Shown here: piece by piece, positions 17,776-31,418 of the stretch | How the letters are laid out: the number at the start of each line of letters is the position of its first letter | Numbering within the stretch: position 1 is the stretch's first letter | Origin: Thelocarpon superellum | Taxonomy: Eukaryota | Assembly (NCBI GenBank): GCA_026025795.1 | Contig: JAPEUG010000017.1 | Span: 62,001 to 94,285 of the forward strand | DNA length: 32,285 nt | Reading direction: 5' to 3' | The notes under the pieces: model-generated | The model's input: the letters and a program-made list of their open reading frames with translations, nothing else | Database searches by the model: none | Told to the model about the DNA's origin: nothing | Program-made: the position numbers and the translations under genes

Positions 17776-20700
17776 TCAGTCCCATCCCGCCATCATACTC
17801 AAAGAACTAGGTTGCCACGTCTGACCCGGATAAGCTGTCGGCGACATGATGATCTCGTCGTCTTCGTCTTCTCCACCGTGTAGTTCATGAATCTCGCGCT
17901 TCGTGGCGCTTGCATCGACCACCTCCTTCTCTTCTCTCTCTTGTTCTTGTTCCTGCTGTCCTCGTTGCTCCGGCGCGGTGGACGTTGTGATTGTAAGAGG
18001 GGCGACGTCTGCCTTGCTCTCTGCACCTGCTAACTGCTCCGTCTCTTGGCTCGCTGCTTGCGGCTTGCTCGCTTTCATGACTGATGCCTTCTGAGGACCG
18101 CGTGCGTCGTCGTCGATGTTGGCCGCGTCACCACCGCCAACCTTGCTCATGTCAAGAGGGATGAACGGGAGAGGCGGCGGAGAAGGCGGTCGGTAGACGG
18201 AGGTGCTGTACTGGTGCTCCCTGACTGGCTCTCCTTGCCCGCCCGGCTCTCCCTGCTCTGTCCTTGGCTCGGCCGCTGGCATCGCGCCTGGACCATCTGG
18301 CGGCACATATGATGGCTCCATTCGTTCATCCACCCGATGCTCCGCCTCTCGCCCCACGTCTCCGTCACTGATTGGACGAGGTGTCAATGCCGGCGAAGGA
18401 GGCGTGACGGCGCTGGGGAGACGGGTACGCTGATACGAACCATCGTGCACATCCGCCTGCAACTGTGGCGACGGCGGCATGAAGGGATGCGTGTGTTCCG
18501 GGGACTTGCTGGGCACCGGAGGCGGAGGAAGTGGTTTGTAGATCAGCATCGACGGACGATGGACGTCGGACGCGTTGTTCCGAGATGACGGTGCTCCTTC
18601 GCCCGTTCCCCCCCCGGCCACTCCCGGCGGAAGACTGTGACTTGTGGCGGGGGTAGCGGAGATGGTCGGAGACGGGCCCCATGCATCAGGAGAGGACTGT
18701 CGTCGAGACGGCCGCTGGCGCTGCTGTTCCGTCCATTGCGCCGACTGGCTCGGTCGAGCACGGTCCGGTCGGATGGTCGAAGAATTGGCCGACGGCTGCG
18801 AGGGCGAGGGCGAGGGCGAGAGCGAGTGCGAGCGTTGGTCCGGGCCGTGTTCAGGGATACTTGGATTCCAAGGCGCTGGGGCCCCGTGTGACCGAGCGAA
18901 CGGCATCGGCGAGCTGCGTCGATCTCGACCACGGAAGTCGGATTGAACTTGAGGTGGAGCTCGTTCCGCACCATAGGATGCGCGTTGGTCGCGCTGAGCG
19001 TGTGGATCGAGAAAGGTGGCGTTGGGCGCGGGCCCAAAATGACCCGACCGGACTGGCAGGAGTGGTCCCGAACGGGAGGATTCGCTGCGAGGAGGAAGGA
19101 ATGGATGCGGACGCGGAGGTACATCATATCGCACATTCTGCGGCCAGGGCGACGGCCAGTAGGCCCGTCCGCCGGCAACGGACTGGTAAGGAGCTGGAAT
19201 GGGTGGGCGGTCGTACAATGGTTCCTGGGGAGCCGTGTTGAGTCGACCGGGTCTTTGAGGTGGTGGCTCCTCATGCTGGGGAGGGGGAACGGCAGGGGCC
19301 GGAGGTGGCTGCCGTTGACCCTGCGCCGGTAGCTGTGGCTGCCCTTGTTCTGGTCCCGGACGAAACGAATCGGGACTGAAGTACTGGGCCGGAGAGGTGG
19401 TGTATCCACTGGATGGCGGACGTGTAGCCGGATCATGTGCCGTTGGACCCCTCCCCGACGCTGGCGCCGGTGAGAGGGCTTGGTCGGCGCTCGTTTGCTC
19501 TGGAATGCCTGGGACGCTTGCAATATCTTTCGGAAGTGCTTGGGTAGAGAGTCGAGAGTCCGCTGCCTTTGACGAGCGGTTCCAGTGAAAGAGGCCACCC
19601 AGGGCAGAGAACCGTCGTTTCTTCACCGTCCCATGTTCCTGTCCTTCCACTCCCGAGTGATGCTGCTTCTGTAATTTGCGGCTTTCCAGCTTCCCCTTGA
19701 TCGGTGCGTGAGTTGCGGGTGCGTCGCCCGTAGGCGGATAGTTCGTCGCGTCAAGCGTCCGAGACCGTTCAGGCGGGACGACCGGGGCCGGTACGTCTGG
19801 CTGAGGCGGCGTGGGTTGACTCGAGCCTGGCAATGGCGGACTTGCGGGAGATCCCACGACGCCGCTCTCAAGCTGTGGAGAACGTCCCCCCAGACTTGAC
19901 CTCTTCTGCCTCTCTCTTTGATCCAACGAATCCAGCGTCGACATGGATAGTCGCCGCTCCGGTCCAGGGGAGCCTTGGGACTGTGACCTGGCCCCGAGCG
20001 GATACGACAGTCGTTTGGACGGAGAGCCATTGCGGCCGCGGTTCTTGAATAGCCCTGTACTTCGTCGTGCCGTGGATAACCCGGCCATAGGATCGCGGGG
20101 AGGTTCTGCCTCTTCTTCACGAGGTGTCTCTGGTCCATCCGCAACGCTCGTCTCGGACACGAGAACTCCGGGCTTGGCAGGAATTTGCGTGATGGGTCCA
20201 CCAGAAAAGGTCCGCAAGGCGGGATGACGGGTGAATTCAGCTGGCGGAGTGGCTGGCTCATCTCTGATCGGCTCTTGGAAGCGGCGGGACAAGGGCCATG
20301 AGAGGACGGATGAGTGGATGGACGACGGTTGAGGCGACGACCCTGCGGGGGGAGTGATGGGCGACTGGCTGCCGTAAAGGGATGAGCGTCGAGGCGTGTC
20401 CAAGTCGTCTTGATCCGCGCACGCTTCTGAAGGCGGGTCTTCGGGCAACGTGATACGCACGGGTTTGGCCGAGGGGGTCTTCTCCGTTCGCTCCGGCGAG
20501 ACGTCGGGAGAGACTGGGAGGCGATCACGCCGTTCAGGGCTCACGTCGTGAAAGGGGTCGACCCGGGTTGAGGTCACAGTCGGGGATCGTCCCGGGCGTT
20601 CCTCTCGGTCACCGCGCACCACGCTGTGCTCAGCTCGAGGCAGGGGCGAGATCTCGGGGAGCATTCCTTTCATCGCTTCCTCCGACTGAGCAGCAGGAGG

Positions 20701-23700
20701 AGGGGTGGCGACGGCCTCGTCCGACGAGATCGAAGGCGACTCCTCGATGGAAGCAAGGTTGAAGGGCGTGTATTCCACGCTTGCCCCTTGAGATGGCTCT
20801 TCAGGCACGGGCACTACGTCCTCGGACGATGACTCCTCGATTGCCGGGAGCATGTCTGTGGCAAGGGATCGCCTCGTTCCTATCTGCGGGCCCTCATCCA
20901 CGCCACCCATTCCCATCGGATCGGTCCGGTCGGTCTGGACGGCATCGTCGACGTTCGCGTCCGGCTTTGCCTCGAGATCCATTGTGGGCACGAACCTGCC
21001 AGCGTCGGGCTCGCCAGTGTCAGCCTCGCCAGCGCAACCGCCTTCGCGTTCTGGCGCGGACGGATGAGTGGGATCCAGGGCAGAGACATGATCATTGGTC
21101 GGATCCGATGCCTCCACGACCGGGGGAAGCATCCTGCTCGTCCCTGTTGCATCCGGGGATTCACCCACCGGACCAAGGTCCGGCTCGATGAGCTTAATCA
21201 AGCGGTCCAGGTCTGGAGAGGGAACGGACGGAGGGTCGAGCGAAGTTGCCTCCGTTCCATCATCCATCGCCGTCGTGCCCCCATACGCTCGGCCAAGATC
21301 GTCACGCCCTTGCTTCTTGCGCGGCAGCTTGCCGGGAAGATTCAGCGGGCGAGGAGCGGCATCTAGCGTGGCAGAGGATCCATCATCGCCACCAACACCA
21401 GCCTCGTGAGGAATCACGTCTTCCACTTCCTCATCGGCAACCTCGTCGCCCGGTGCTGGCGGGAAATAGTCGGGAAACGGACCAGAAATGGTCGCCTGAG
21501 GCTGCAAGTCGGGAGTGACGGGTCCGTGGAGGCTCTCGGGGTTGGGAGTCTCCACCGACGAGTCCTCCTGAGAGAGGAGACTGCCCATCCGGCGATGACC
21601 AGGACCTGGCGTGGCGAGGTCGTGCTCGTTCAGCGCCGACACGGGGGACAGGGGCGGGGGATCATCGGCCAGTTGACTCACGCTCAGCGAAGGGCCAAGC
21701 ATCTGTAGTACATGGCGGCCTGGGGCGGCCGTCTCGGCGGGTGCACGATCCGGCGACACATCACGTTCGTGTGACGAACTGGGGAGCTCCTCGAGAGAAT
21801 CATCTCGGCCATCACCTCTTCGGACAGTAGCCGCGGGCGCATCGTCGGCGACGGCGCGGTCTTCCCGGGTGGTAGTCTCAGGAAGGCCCTATCGACACCA
21901 CGAATCAATTACACATGCGCAAGAGGAGGTGGGAGCGGTAAGGGCACTCAAGGGTTTGACTCCAGCCATTCGCATTTCCTACTCATACAAAGCCAACTCG
22001 ATGAAGACAAACCAGTCATCCCTGGATATCATGTGGAACCAACGATTCAGAAAGCCAAAAGGTAAAGGGCAAAGGGGAGAAAGCAACAGAAAAAGGGAAG
22101 AGGGAAACGGGAAACGGGAAACGGGAAACGGGAAAAGGGAAAAGGGAAAGGGGGGCGAGGTGCCAATGGAAAAAAGAGACGGGGAAATGGCGCAGGAGAA
22201 TGTGCGGGACAAACGCGCACCAGCGCGTGTCGCCCGTCAAGCAAGGCATCATGGTCATGAGAATTAATAATCTACCTTTTCTCCACTGGCGCCGCGCAGT
22301 TTACTTTTGCCCTTGGCAAAGAGCCCCTTGGCCGCCACGTTGGCTTTGCCGCCGAAGATGCCGGCGGAATGCAGCAAGTCCTTGCCCTTGGCCTGCACCT
22401 GGTGACTGGTGAACTTGCTGCTCGTCCCCGTGGGCGAGAACGTCTGGCCGGCCTCCAGCGGCATGCCCGTCCCCGGCGTGCCCGCACCGCCCGCCGGGGC
22501 GTTGGAGTTGGGCGAGCTGGAGAAATTCAGATACTGCTGATAGTACGGCTGCGGCGCCGCTTGACCCGAGGTCGAGCTGGATTTGGCCAGACCCGAGCCG
22601 GAGAGCGAGGGCGCATGGCCAGACGCCCCCGCGGCCGCCTTCGTGGTCGCTGTCGGCCGACCCGTGGGCGCGCCCAGCAGATGGAGGTGCTCCGAGTGCA
22701 CCGGCGTCGTCAGCGTGATCCATTGGGACAGGCCCGTCTCACCCAGGGCAAATTGGTCACGCGCGCTCTTAAAGGCCTGGATGCGCTCGGTTGGCGTTTT
22801 CAAGGCGAGGATCTCGCGGAAAGTGGGGGCACGAATCTGGGACGTGCCGGGAAAGGAGGACGTGGACGGGCTGGAGGCCTGCCGCAACGCGCCTTCGGCA
22901 CCGACCGGCTCGACCACAGGCGATGCGCGCGGCTCGATGGCGGCAGCCACTTCCTTCTCGGCCAAGGAAGGAGCCTCGCCAAGAACGGACGAGTCTGGCA
23001 CCCGACCGGGCGCCGTCATCGACGCCGGTTCTACCGGCTGCGGCGCCAGCTCCAGTCCTGTGCCAGGCTCCGTGGCCGATGGAGCGGAGGCGACCGGCGG
23101 CGCGAGTCCCTCATCGATCGCAAAAGCAAGGGGCACATCTTGGCCCGATTGGCGCTCGGGGTGGGGCACCGCGGACACGGGTGTTGGCGCCGATGCATCT
23201 TCCACCTTCGACCCAGCCGCGTCGATCGTCGCCAAGGTGGACACCGATTCCGCACTCTGCTCCCAGGAGAAGCGCTTCTTCAGCATGGAGGGCCGCGGCT
23301 CGGCTGGCGATTGAGCCACCGGCGCGGGCGCCGCCGTGGGAAGAGGAGCCATCGTATCCACGGCGGCCGGCGGCAGGTAGCTGGCAGCGGCCGCGGCATT
23401 CAAGGCGGCATCGAGGCGCGATGGGGCCATGGCCTCCTGCGCGGCGTTCCACGTGAGCTCGTTGGCGTCGGCTGGCAGGCCAAGGTCTTCGTGACCGAAT
23501 TGGGACTCGATGGGACTCAAGGACTTGACAATCTCCTTGCGCAGCCGATCGCTCTCCTGGTCATGGGGTGAGGGATCCGTACTCAAGGCCGGCCGGATCG
23601 GCGGTCGCGTCGCGGGCGGGTTGGGATTGATCGTCAGACCGGGATGGTTGCGCGCCTTCAGTGGCACAGGCGGAGCGAAGAACCCCGAGCCGGGCGTTGG

Positions 23701-26080
23701 TAGCTTCTCTTCCAGCGGCGTGTCCTTGGGCGTGTCATCGGGTGTATCCTTGGGGGGAGGTGTGGGGGGTGCGCTGGAGCCGGAGGACAGCGGTCGGTGT
23801 TGCAGGTCCGGCCGCGCGTCGATCGGCGTGGGGATCGCATCACCCGTTCCCTTTTCCCCGATGGCAGGCGCATTGCCTCGGGCCGTGCGGTCGTTGGTGG
23901 ACGCGGGCGGCGTCATGCTTCCATCCGTGGCTGTGGTGGCGTACGAGACCCACCCGCCAGGTAGTGAGGGCCGGAAGTTCGTCGAATCCGGCTCCCTTGA
24001 TGCGCCAGCACCCGCCACAACCGCCGAGGGCGGACCTGCTTGCGCGGGGGGAAGCGGTGGCGATAAGCTCCCCGTGGGCGCCGCACGATCTGGCGGCGGG
24101 CCTTTCCCGGCCACGGTCGCGTTGAGTGCGACTGGCGCGCCACCCGCCGCGACGGATCTCGGAGGCTCACGTCGGCTGTCACCGCGCGGGGGAAAGGGCG
24201 AATCGCGATGGTCATAGGCAAGCGTGACGGGGATGAAGTCGCCGGTGGGCGTCGTTGTGGCCACTTCACCCACCTTAGCAGCCGAAAGCGGCTGCTTGAC
24301 CTCCAGGCGCGGCCCTCTTCGTGGGCTGTTCTGGGGGCTGGGCGCGTTCATGTCGCGGCGATACCCCGGCTTGAAGGCCTGCGCCGGCAGGGTCTCCAGC
24401 GAGGTCTCCAGTGGGGGTGGTGCGGCGGCCGTCCGCGAAGGCGTCGGCAAGGAGGGAGCACTTGGCTTGACGGGCGTCGCCGACCCCTCGACCGGACTCT
24501 CTTCCGCGATGGGCGGAGGAGGGCCACTGGGTAGACTGGGGGCGCGCTGCATAATGGGGCTGATGCCCGACGTGCTGGCCGTGTCACTGCGGCTCGAGAA
24601 GTCGGCCTGCGAGCGCTGACTGCCAAGGGTTGACGCCGGCGTCACGGGCACCGACCGGTCGTCAAAGGCCTGGTTGACGGCCGAACGGAATCCGTCCGAC
24701 GCTTGATGCTGTAGCGGAGGGCCCTGCAATACGGACGCCGGTGCAGGGCTCCGCGCCGGCGCGGACGCAAACTTTGGTGTGAGATCAGCGGCCGGGGGAG
24801 CCGAGGTGTCGATGGGAAAGAGGGGCTCCCCAAAGCCCGAGAAGGTCTCCACGCTCGGCAAGGATGGTGAGCCCTGGGAGATCTTCGCGGCCGGACCAAA
24901 GCGAGCGGAGGGCGGGGTATCCTTCAGGGGCGTGGCGGGTCGCACCTCGCCGGTGCCTGGCGTGGAGGGGCCAAAGGCTCGGGGGGAGGCTTGAACGGGA
25001 GTGCCAGGCCCGGCACGTTCATCCTTCCTCCGCGGGGCGGCATCAGCGCCGGGGCTCCGTCCCGCCGCTCGTGGAGGGGTTTCCAAACTCTGACCAGGCC
25101 GCGGAGAAGCTGCAGCCGCGGTCGCGGACGCGGCTTGATCGCTCTCTCCTGGCGCGCTGCCGGCGCTTGAGTCGACGCTCGGTCGGCCCGAATCCATGGA
25201 TTTCCGTTCTCGATCGCGTTCTTCATTGATGCGTTTATAGATGTCAGAGGGCCGGATGAAGGGAAGCGGCTTCACGCCTGGATTGCTGCCCGTCCGCTCT
25301 CGTGTCGGCACCGTCGGATCTCCGGCGCCCAGGCTGCTTTTTCGCGGGGGCGGATGGTCCAGAGTCGGTCGGTCGTATGGCGATGGCCCTGGTGACGCGC
25401 GAGGATGGGGCTGAGGGGGCGTCCCCATGGGTGGAAAGGTATCGTGACGGACTTGACGATCTTGACCTAGACTGGCCCCTCGTGGTGTGGGCTGTTGTGC
25501 GCCGGGCGCGCTGCGGTTGCTCGAGGCCGAGTCGGCGGGCGACGGCGTGCGGTTCTGCGGGCCGGGAAACGGACCAGCGGCGCTCACGGACGAGTTTGGG
25601 GAGTGTCGCGGAGGATGAGCGAGGGTGTTCACCGGCGCGAGGGTGGCGGGGTGGACGCCGGGTGGCATGGGTTGCATGGCGTGCCTCTCGGCCAATCGTG
25701 AGGGCGGCGTTCGAGATGGTTGGGCCGGCTGCTGAGGAGGATATTGAGAGGCGTGCAGCAAGGCTTGCTGGGGAGCCTGCTGTGAAAATTGAGGAGGGCC
25801 TCCGCTCTGGGTCGCCGCGAAGGCCCCGGGAGCGGCCGGCCCCTGTCCAGGTTGACGCGGTCCTATCTGCTGGTAGGGTTGTGGCGCCGCTGCGCCGTGG
25901 TCTTGAGCGCCGTATTCATCAAAGTCGTCGACCTCAGCCCAGTCATCGCCGTCGTAGGAAAAAGACTTGGCCTCGACCCATCGCTTCGTTTTCTGCCGAT
26001 TGACATTGGTCTTGAAGGATGGTGCGACGCCCGCCGACCCGGATGCCGGCGCCGTGGACGCACCGGGCGCCTGGGTATTC
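17776..26080 (-). CDS. Very large Pro/Ser-rich low-complexity protein (~2,640 aa); exons 26080-22276 and 21888-17776; first exon not identified
   Basis: The frame is open from a GCTGAC...TAG acceptor (26081) through SFKTNVNRQKTKRWVEAKSFSYDGDDW and PLPFIRPSDIYKR. A phase-0 donor AAG|GTAGAT (22275) joins in frame to TAG|GGC (21889). The C-terminus contains MSPTAYPGQTW. The two parts could instead be separate genes. Confidence 0.65.
22102..22150. repeat. 7-bp tandem repeat (GGGAAAC/GGGAAAA) inside the predicted intron
   Basis: gggaaac four times followed by gggaaaa variants. Confidence 0.85.
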
Positions 26081-27646
26081 CTAGACGTGGGGACAGGTCA
26101 GCGTCTCGGACAGCAGGTGGCATAGCATCGCCCCTCGGTGGGTCGAGTGGTGAGTGGTGCAGGGGGTCGAACATGATGTTTGCCGCCTCCCGCGGTCGCG
26201 TCGTCGGTCGTCCCAACCCGATGAGGATCTCACGTCACGCCGACACTGGTGGGGAGTTTCGCTTTCGCCCCAGCAATGAGCAACGCTCAACGTTGCGGAC
26301 CGGGCGACGAGGGTAGGGCAGCCATAGAAGGACGAATGGCAACGTGGGCGGAAGCGTGTGCACGAGACAGCATGGCTCGTCCAATGCGGCGAGTGGCCCG
26401 GGCGGATGGGAAGATGGAAGAAGAGGTTGACGGGGCAGGCAAGGCAAGGCCAGGTTGCAGGTGCAGCAAGGCACGAAGATGACGAGGTTGGTGGCCGAGG
26501 GGGCAGACGAGGCGGTGGCGGAGGCGCAGGTGCGGTTCCGCGCAGGTGCAGGCGCAGTCGAATCCAGGAGCAGTCCCACCGTTGACGCTGAAGCGTAGGC
26601 GGGACGACTACGGACGAGTCCCGGTAGGCCTACCCGACGGGTACGACGCACTACCTGTACAAGGATTCGTACTTGGTACCTCGTACCTATGGGTCCTGGA
26701 AGCCCCTGGGTGTCGCTGTGTGGTAGCCGGCGGGCCGGTGGGCCAGTGCCAGTGTCAGTCGCCAGCGGCCGGCCTGTGACCTGTAACGTGGCGAAGACCG
26801 ATCGCAGCCGACAGGCCAACACGCGGACCCCCATACACCGGTGGAGCAACTCAAAACAGGGATGGGCGCGCATGCGTCAGGCCATCTGCTCCCCGCAGCG
26901 ACATCATGATGATCACCACGTAGAAGCGTAGCACGTCCCGCCATTGGCCAAGGGCATTGGCGGACTAGATCTACAATCTCCTGTCGATAGTCTTGTCACC
27001 CAATCTGATGACTTCATGGTTGGAGCTTGGACCGGTTCCGCTCAAGAGGGTCTCTCGTTACCTTCCGGACCCTTGGAGCTAAACTCCTTCTTATCCCAAG
27101 GATTCCCGGTACTCGGTGCCTCGGACCAGCCGACGCCACAGTGCCGCCAAGTCGCCGGAAGGTGCGCGAGCTGGGCTTGTACCAAGTACTTCGTACCTTC
27201 TCGCGGAAGTGCGCGTTCGGGTCATGTTAGCGTACGAGTAGGATTCGTGCTCGTGCTCGTGTCAGTGCTCGCACTCATACTCGTACGCCGAGCCAGTGGT
27301 AAGTCTGCACTGCCGAGACTCCGACTCCTGGTATAGGAGTTTCGGTAGTAAGACGACGCTGGTGCGGACTGGTTAGAGGCGAGCTGGCAAGACAGCGAGC
27401 GCGATGACGTGAAGAATTTGAGTGCAGCTTATGACCGTCGGCTGTTGGAAAAGACACCCGGCATGTAAGCAGGTCGAAGCCAGATGCTCGTGTCGATGGC
27501 TTCGAAGCAAACGTCTTGGGAAACTTTCCGTGTCTAGGCGAGGAGATTGCTGGGGAGCGCGAAACAGCTTCCTCCTCCGTCTTCCAAATCCTTTGCTTCC
27601 CCCGTTTCTCTATATGAGCATATCTTCACCCACACCACGCTCAAAG

Positions 27647-27773
27647 GGCATGAGTTGCCGTGGGGCATGAGTTGCCGTGGATCATGAGTTGCCGTGGGGC
27701 ATGAGTTGCCTTGGGGCATGAGTTGCCGTGGGGCATAAGTTGCCGTGGGGCATGAGTTGCCTTTGAGCATGAG
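27647..27773. repeat. 17-bp minisatellite, 7 copies plus a partial copy
   Basis: (GGCATGAGTTGCCGTGG)7 with few substitutions and no spacers. Confidence 0.95.
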
Positions 27774-28109
27774 CTCAAGCCGTCTTTCGGATACAGAAAC
27801 AGCATTGAAGTTTCTAAATATAAGCATACCTCCAGGCACGTCACGCTAAATGGGTACGAAATGCCTCATGGCATGAGGGGAAGCTGTTTCTTGAGTGGAG
27901 GAGTAGCATTGAATGCCAGGGTCAATCAACTCGGTCTTACAACGAGCGCACTACGAGAACATGAAATATAAAATCCCACCCTTTGCTCCTCGAGGCTTGC
28001 TTTCGCAACGCGCTTCCGGACATCCATCTAGCTTACAGGCTGCTACCTTTGCGTCCACCCCACAGATCTCAGTCCATCTCCTCTTGAGTGAACCTTCTCC
28101 ACCGCCACG

Positions 28110-28875
28110 ATGCAGATCTCCGCCCAGGCTGCGTTACTCAGCATGTTTGCGGTTCTAGCGAGGGCTGACAGAGGTCCACCCTTTCAACTCAGAACACAGC
28201 CTGTCAACGGTGCAAGCAGATTTAACCCCCTCTACTGTAATTACAGCCTCTTCCCCTGGTCACAAGGTCCATTTATGGCCTTGGTCAAATCGTCGGTGTC
28301 TAACTCGATCAGTGACAACGGTTTTTCAGTGGAATATTCCCAACGAAGTGGACATTGTCGAAGCACCAACTTCCGCTGCTCTCGTGGACGAGGTGCCATC
28401 TGGACAGTCCTTGCTATACGACAACACTAGTGGAGTCGTCACGGTCCGAAATGATTGGGCCAATACAAACCTATCTTTTGTCCTCACTTCTCCGTCTGAG
28501 AACAATGAAACAAACCAAGTTCATCTCACAGATGAATATGCAATCGAGCAAGAGGAGACCCGCGCTGATCCTCTACATAATCCTCTGCTTCATCTGGTCT
28601 ATGGCGTTGCATATGAGCCAGGCACACGGTTTGCATTCAACAGTTCCCGCCTTGTGTCAACTACAGATCATGGATCTTGGCTTGGTGAGTCCCTCCAACT
28701 CTAGCTCCTTGTTCAGGCTCCTTCCCACATCCAGACTAATGGCGAAACAGCCTGTTCCCCCGAAATTGCGAATACCTCGGCGTCTCTCAAATTTGTCAAC
28801 GCCGCTCAAGATACGGGGGATTTCAAAGGATGCGACCATGTCTACCTCGTTCAGGTGAACGTCACACTACATTGA
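28110..28875 (+). CDS. Small secreted or cell-wall-type protein (207 aa, 3 exons)
   Basis: Exons 28110-28236, 28313-28684 and 28751-28875. Introns are GTAATT..CTAAC..CAG and GTGAGT..CTAAT..CAG. Signal peptide, FQLRT motif, C-terminal WLAC...GCDHVYL and several N-x-S/T sequons. Confidence 0.75.
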
Positions 28876-29899
28876 GCCGCCATTGGAGCGTTGGCGACCA
28901 AGGATTCTGTCAGACTGTCGCAGGTGAGAGACGAGCGTGAGGAAAGCAAAGGCGGACGACGGAGCGGAGAGCAAGGCGGAATCAGTAGACATGGCGTATT
29001 GGTGTTACGCTGGGGTTTCGCGGATGATCACGTGCGGCACACGACGAGGCGAGGCAGCGCCTGCGCCTGGTCACAGAACCCGCTCGCGTCTCGTTTCCTT
29101 TGCTCTTATCTAAGAATAAGTGTTGTCAGCCAACGGCCTCTCGTGACACAATTCCTTCACGCGCGTTACAATTGGCTAGGAAATTGGGATGCGATAGAGT
29201 TCCGTGACCTATTCCTGAATCCGTCGTGCTACTCGAGTACGCTGGAGCTCTGCTGGCTGGTTGCGAGACTCGCGATACGCGCCGCGGGAGGTCACGAGCT
29301 CTTGCAACCGACTATCACGTGACTAGGCCTATTCCTCCAGTGAGGTGCCGGCTCCCTGGCCTCGTAGTCAGCAAAGAAGGTTCCTGAATCACAAATGCAC
29401 AGGTTGCCTCCCACTGTCCTGGCCAACTCACGACGTCTCCTGATGTTGCCCAGCTGTACGCTTCGTCATCACGTAGGCAGTCAACTGAGCGGGTACAGAA
29501 GCAGTTGAGGGACGACAGCAAAGAAGATAGTACCCCATATTTAAATTCTCCATCCTTGATAAATTATCAGGTCATAGGCAACCGGGTGATTGGGGACAGA
29601 TTTGCATCTTTAGGTCTGAGTGTGTTAACCGTGACTCGGCAAGCTCCGCTCGCGTCGAGAACTTTGGCGTGATTGAGCATGACATGAACGTCAGCCACGC
29701 CCAACGACTCACGCCGGCGTAACGCGTGAACCCAGGCGCATCGCAAGAGGCCTACAACAGGTGGATCGCATCCAAAGTTTGTGCTGCTGGTGCATGTCGT
29801 GACTATTTCTCGCGCCGTCTCTTCCCCGAGAACGAAGCTGTCCTCTCTCCTTGTGGCCACCTTTCCCTCTCCCCGTTGCGCCGACGCCATCTGTCCTCG

Positions 29900-31212
29900 A
29901 TGACGGCCGCCATCTCTATTCAGGACCGCACGGGCGAGTTCCGGTCCATCCTGAACGTGGCCCAGAAGCGCCAGGTGACCTCCAAAGTGGGCGCACAGCG
30001 GCAGTCGCTGCTGACGGAGACGCAACGTCGCGAGGCCAATGGCTCGCCCAACGGACATGCCCCCACCGGGAAGCGGGCGCGATCCGAGTTTGCCCGCCGG
30101 GCGGCCGAGATCGGCCGCGGTATCACCGGTACGATGGTGAAGCTGGAGCGATTGGCGCAGCGTGGGTGGTCATGACCGGGCCGATGGAGGCCGAGCCGAC
30201 GCTGATGCTTGATAGTGGCGAAACGGAAGACGCTGTTCGATGACCGGCCCGTCGAGATTGCGGAACTGACCTACATCATCAAGCAAGACCTCTCCTCGCT
30301 CAACGCGCAAATCTCCTCCCTCCAGGGCCTCTCCCGATCTCAACACCCGTCGTTGTCGCGGACCGCTCCCGGGGCGCAGGAGGGGGAACACAACAAGAAT
30401 GTCGTGGTGCTCCTGCAGGGCAAGCTGGCCGACGTGTCGGTCAACTTCAAGGATGTGCTGGAGGTGCGGACCAAGAACATTCAGGCCTCGCGCTCACGCA
30501 CGGAGAACTTTGTGTCCTCGGTCTCGTCGCACTCCCAGCCCAACGAGCCGCAGCAATCCGCCTCGCCCCTCTACCACACCCCAACCAAGAGCCGGTCACC
30601 GGCCCCGGGATACCCACCCCAGCAGAACCCGGACCTACTCAACCTCGAACCATCCACATCGTCCGCGCTGGCCCGGAGCGGGCCTCAATCGGACCAGCAG
30701 CTGTTGATGATGGAGGAAGCCCAACCCACCAACACCTACATCCACCAGCGTGGCGAGGCCATTGAAGCCATCGAGCGCACCATTGCCGAGCTGGGCGGCA
30801 TCTTTGGCAACCTGGCCACGATGGTGCAGGAGCAATCGGAGATGATTCAACGCATCGACGCCAACACCGATGATGTTGTTGGTGGGTCATGATGTTCTGG
30901 TTGTCCAGCCGAGCGCCGTGCTGACACTCCCCCCAACAGACAATGTCGCCGGCGCACAACGGGAATTATTAAAGTATTGGTCGAGGTACGATTGCACCCC
31001 TCCCTCTTCGTCCGCCCCATCCCTTTTCTCCCCCCCCTCATCCCACGCTCGTCCCATCCCTCTCCACGTACAGATCCGCAAGACCGACGAGGAGAAAAAA
31101 GGCTGACCAGATGCGTGTCTTGTGCAGGGTAAGCGGCAACAGATGGCTAGTGCTGAAGATGTTTGGGGTCTTGTGTATTTTCTTTCTCCTTTGGGTCTTG
31201 ATTGCTGGGTAA
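29900..31212 (+). CDS. SED5: Syntaxin-5 / cis-Golgi t-SNARE (352 aa, 4 exons)
   Basis: N-peptide IQDRTGEF, LAKRKTLFDDRPVEI, SNARE motif IEAIERTIAELGGIF..QRIDAN, and a C-terminal TM helix. Exons 29900-30161, 30216-30881, 30940-30985 and 31128-31212 total 1059 nt. Confidence 0.96.
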
Positions 31213-31415
31213 GACTCAGGCCTTCTTCATCCCCTCCTCCCACTTCTCTCTTCTGTATTCTTTAGAGGTCGACTCCTCGTAGATGCTTTTCGGTTGTGGG
31301 TGAACAGATGGAATAAGCGAATCGGTGAATCAGCAAGGCAAGGAATGCGTGCATCAGTGACGCGGTAAATCGGTGTTGGACGGATGGGTGGAGGAGAGTA
31401 AGCGAACGAGCGATC

Positions 31416-31418
<3 letters not shown>

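Noticed and set aside
22369..23571. 400-aa antisense ORF and similar overlapping ORFs (e.g. 16222-17154, 18543-19598)
   Set aside because: These are shadow ORFs expected in GC-rich coding DNA and contain no recognisable motifs.
27647..27773. CRISPR-like palindromic repeat array
   Set aside because: Units are contiguous with no spacers, there are no cas genes, and the context is eukaryotic.
29726..29899. N-terminally extended Sed5 isoform
   Set aside because: Only a GTG start is available, the region looks like a CT-rich 5' UTR, and the conserved N-peptide starts right after ATG 29900.
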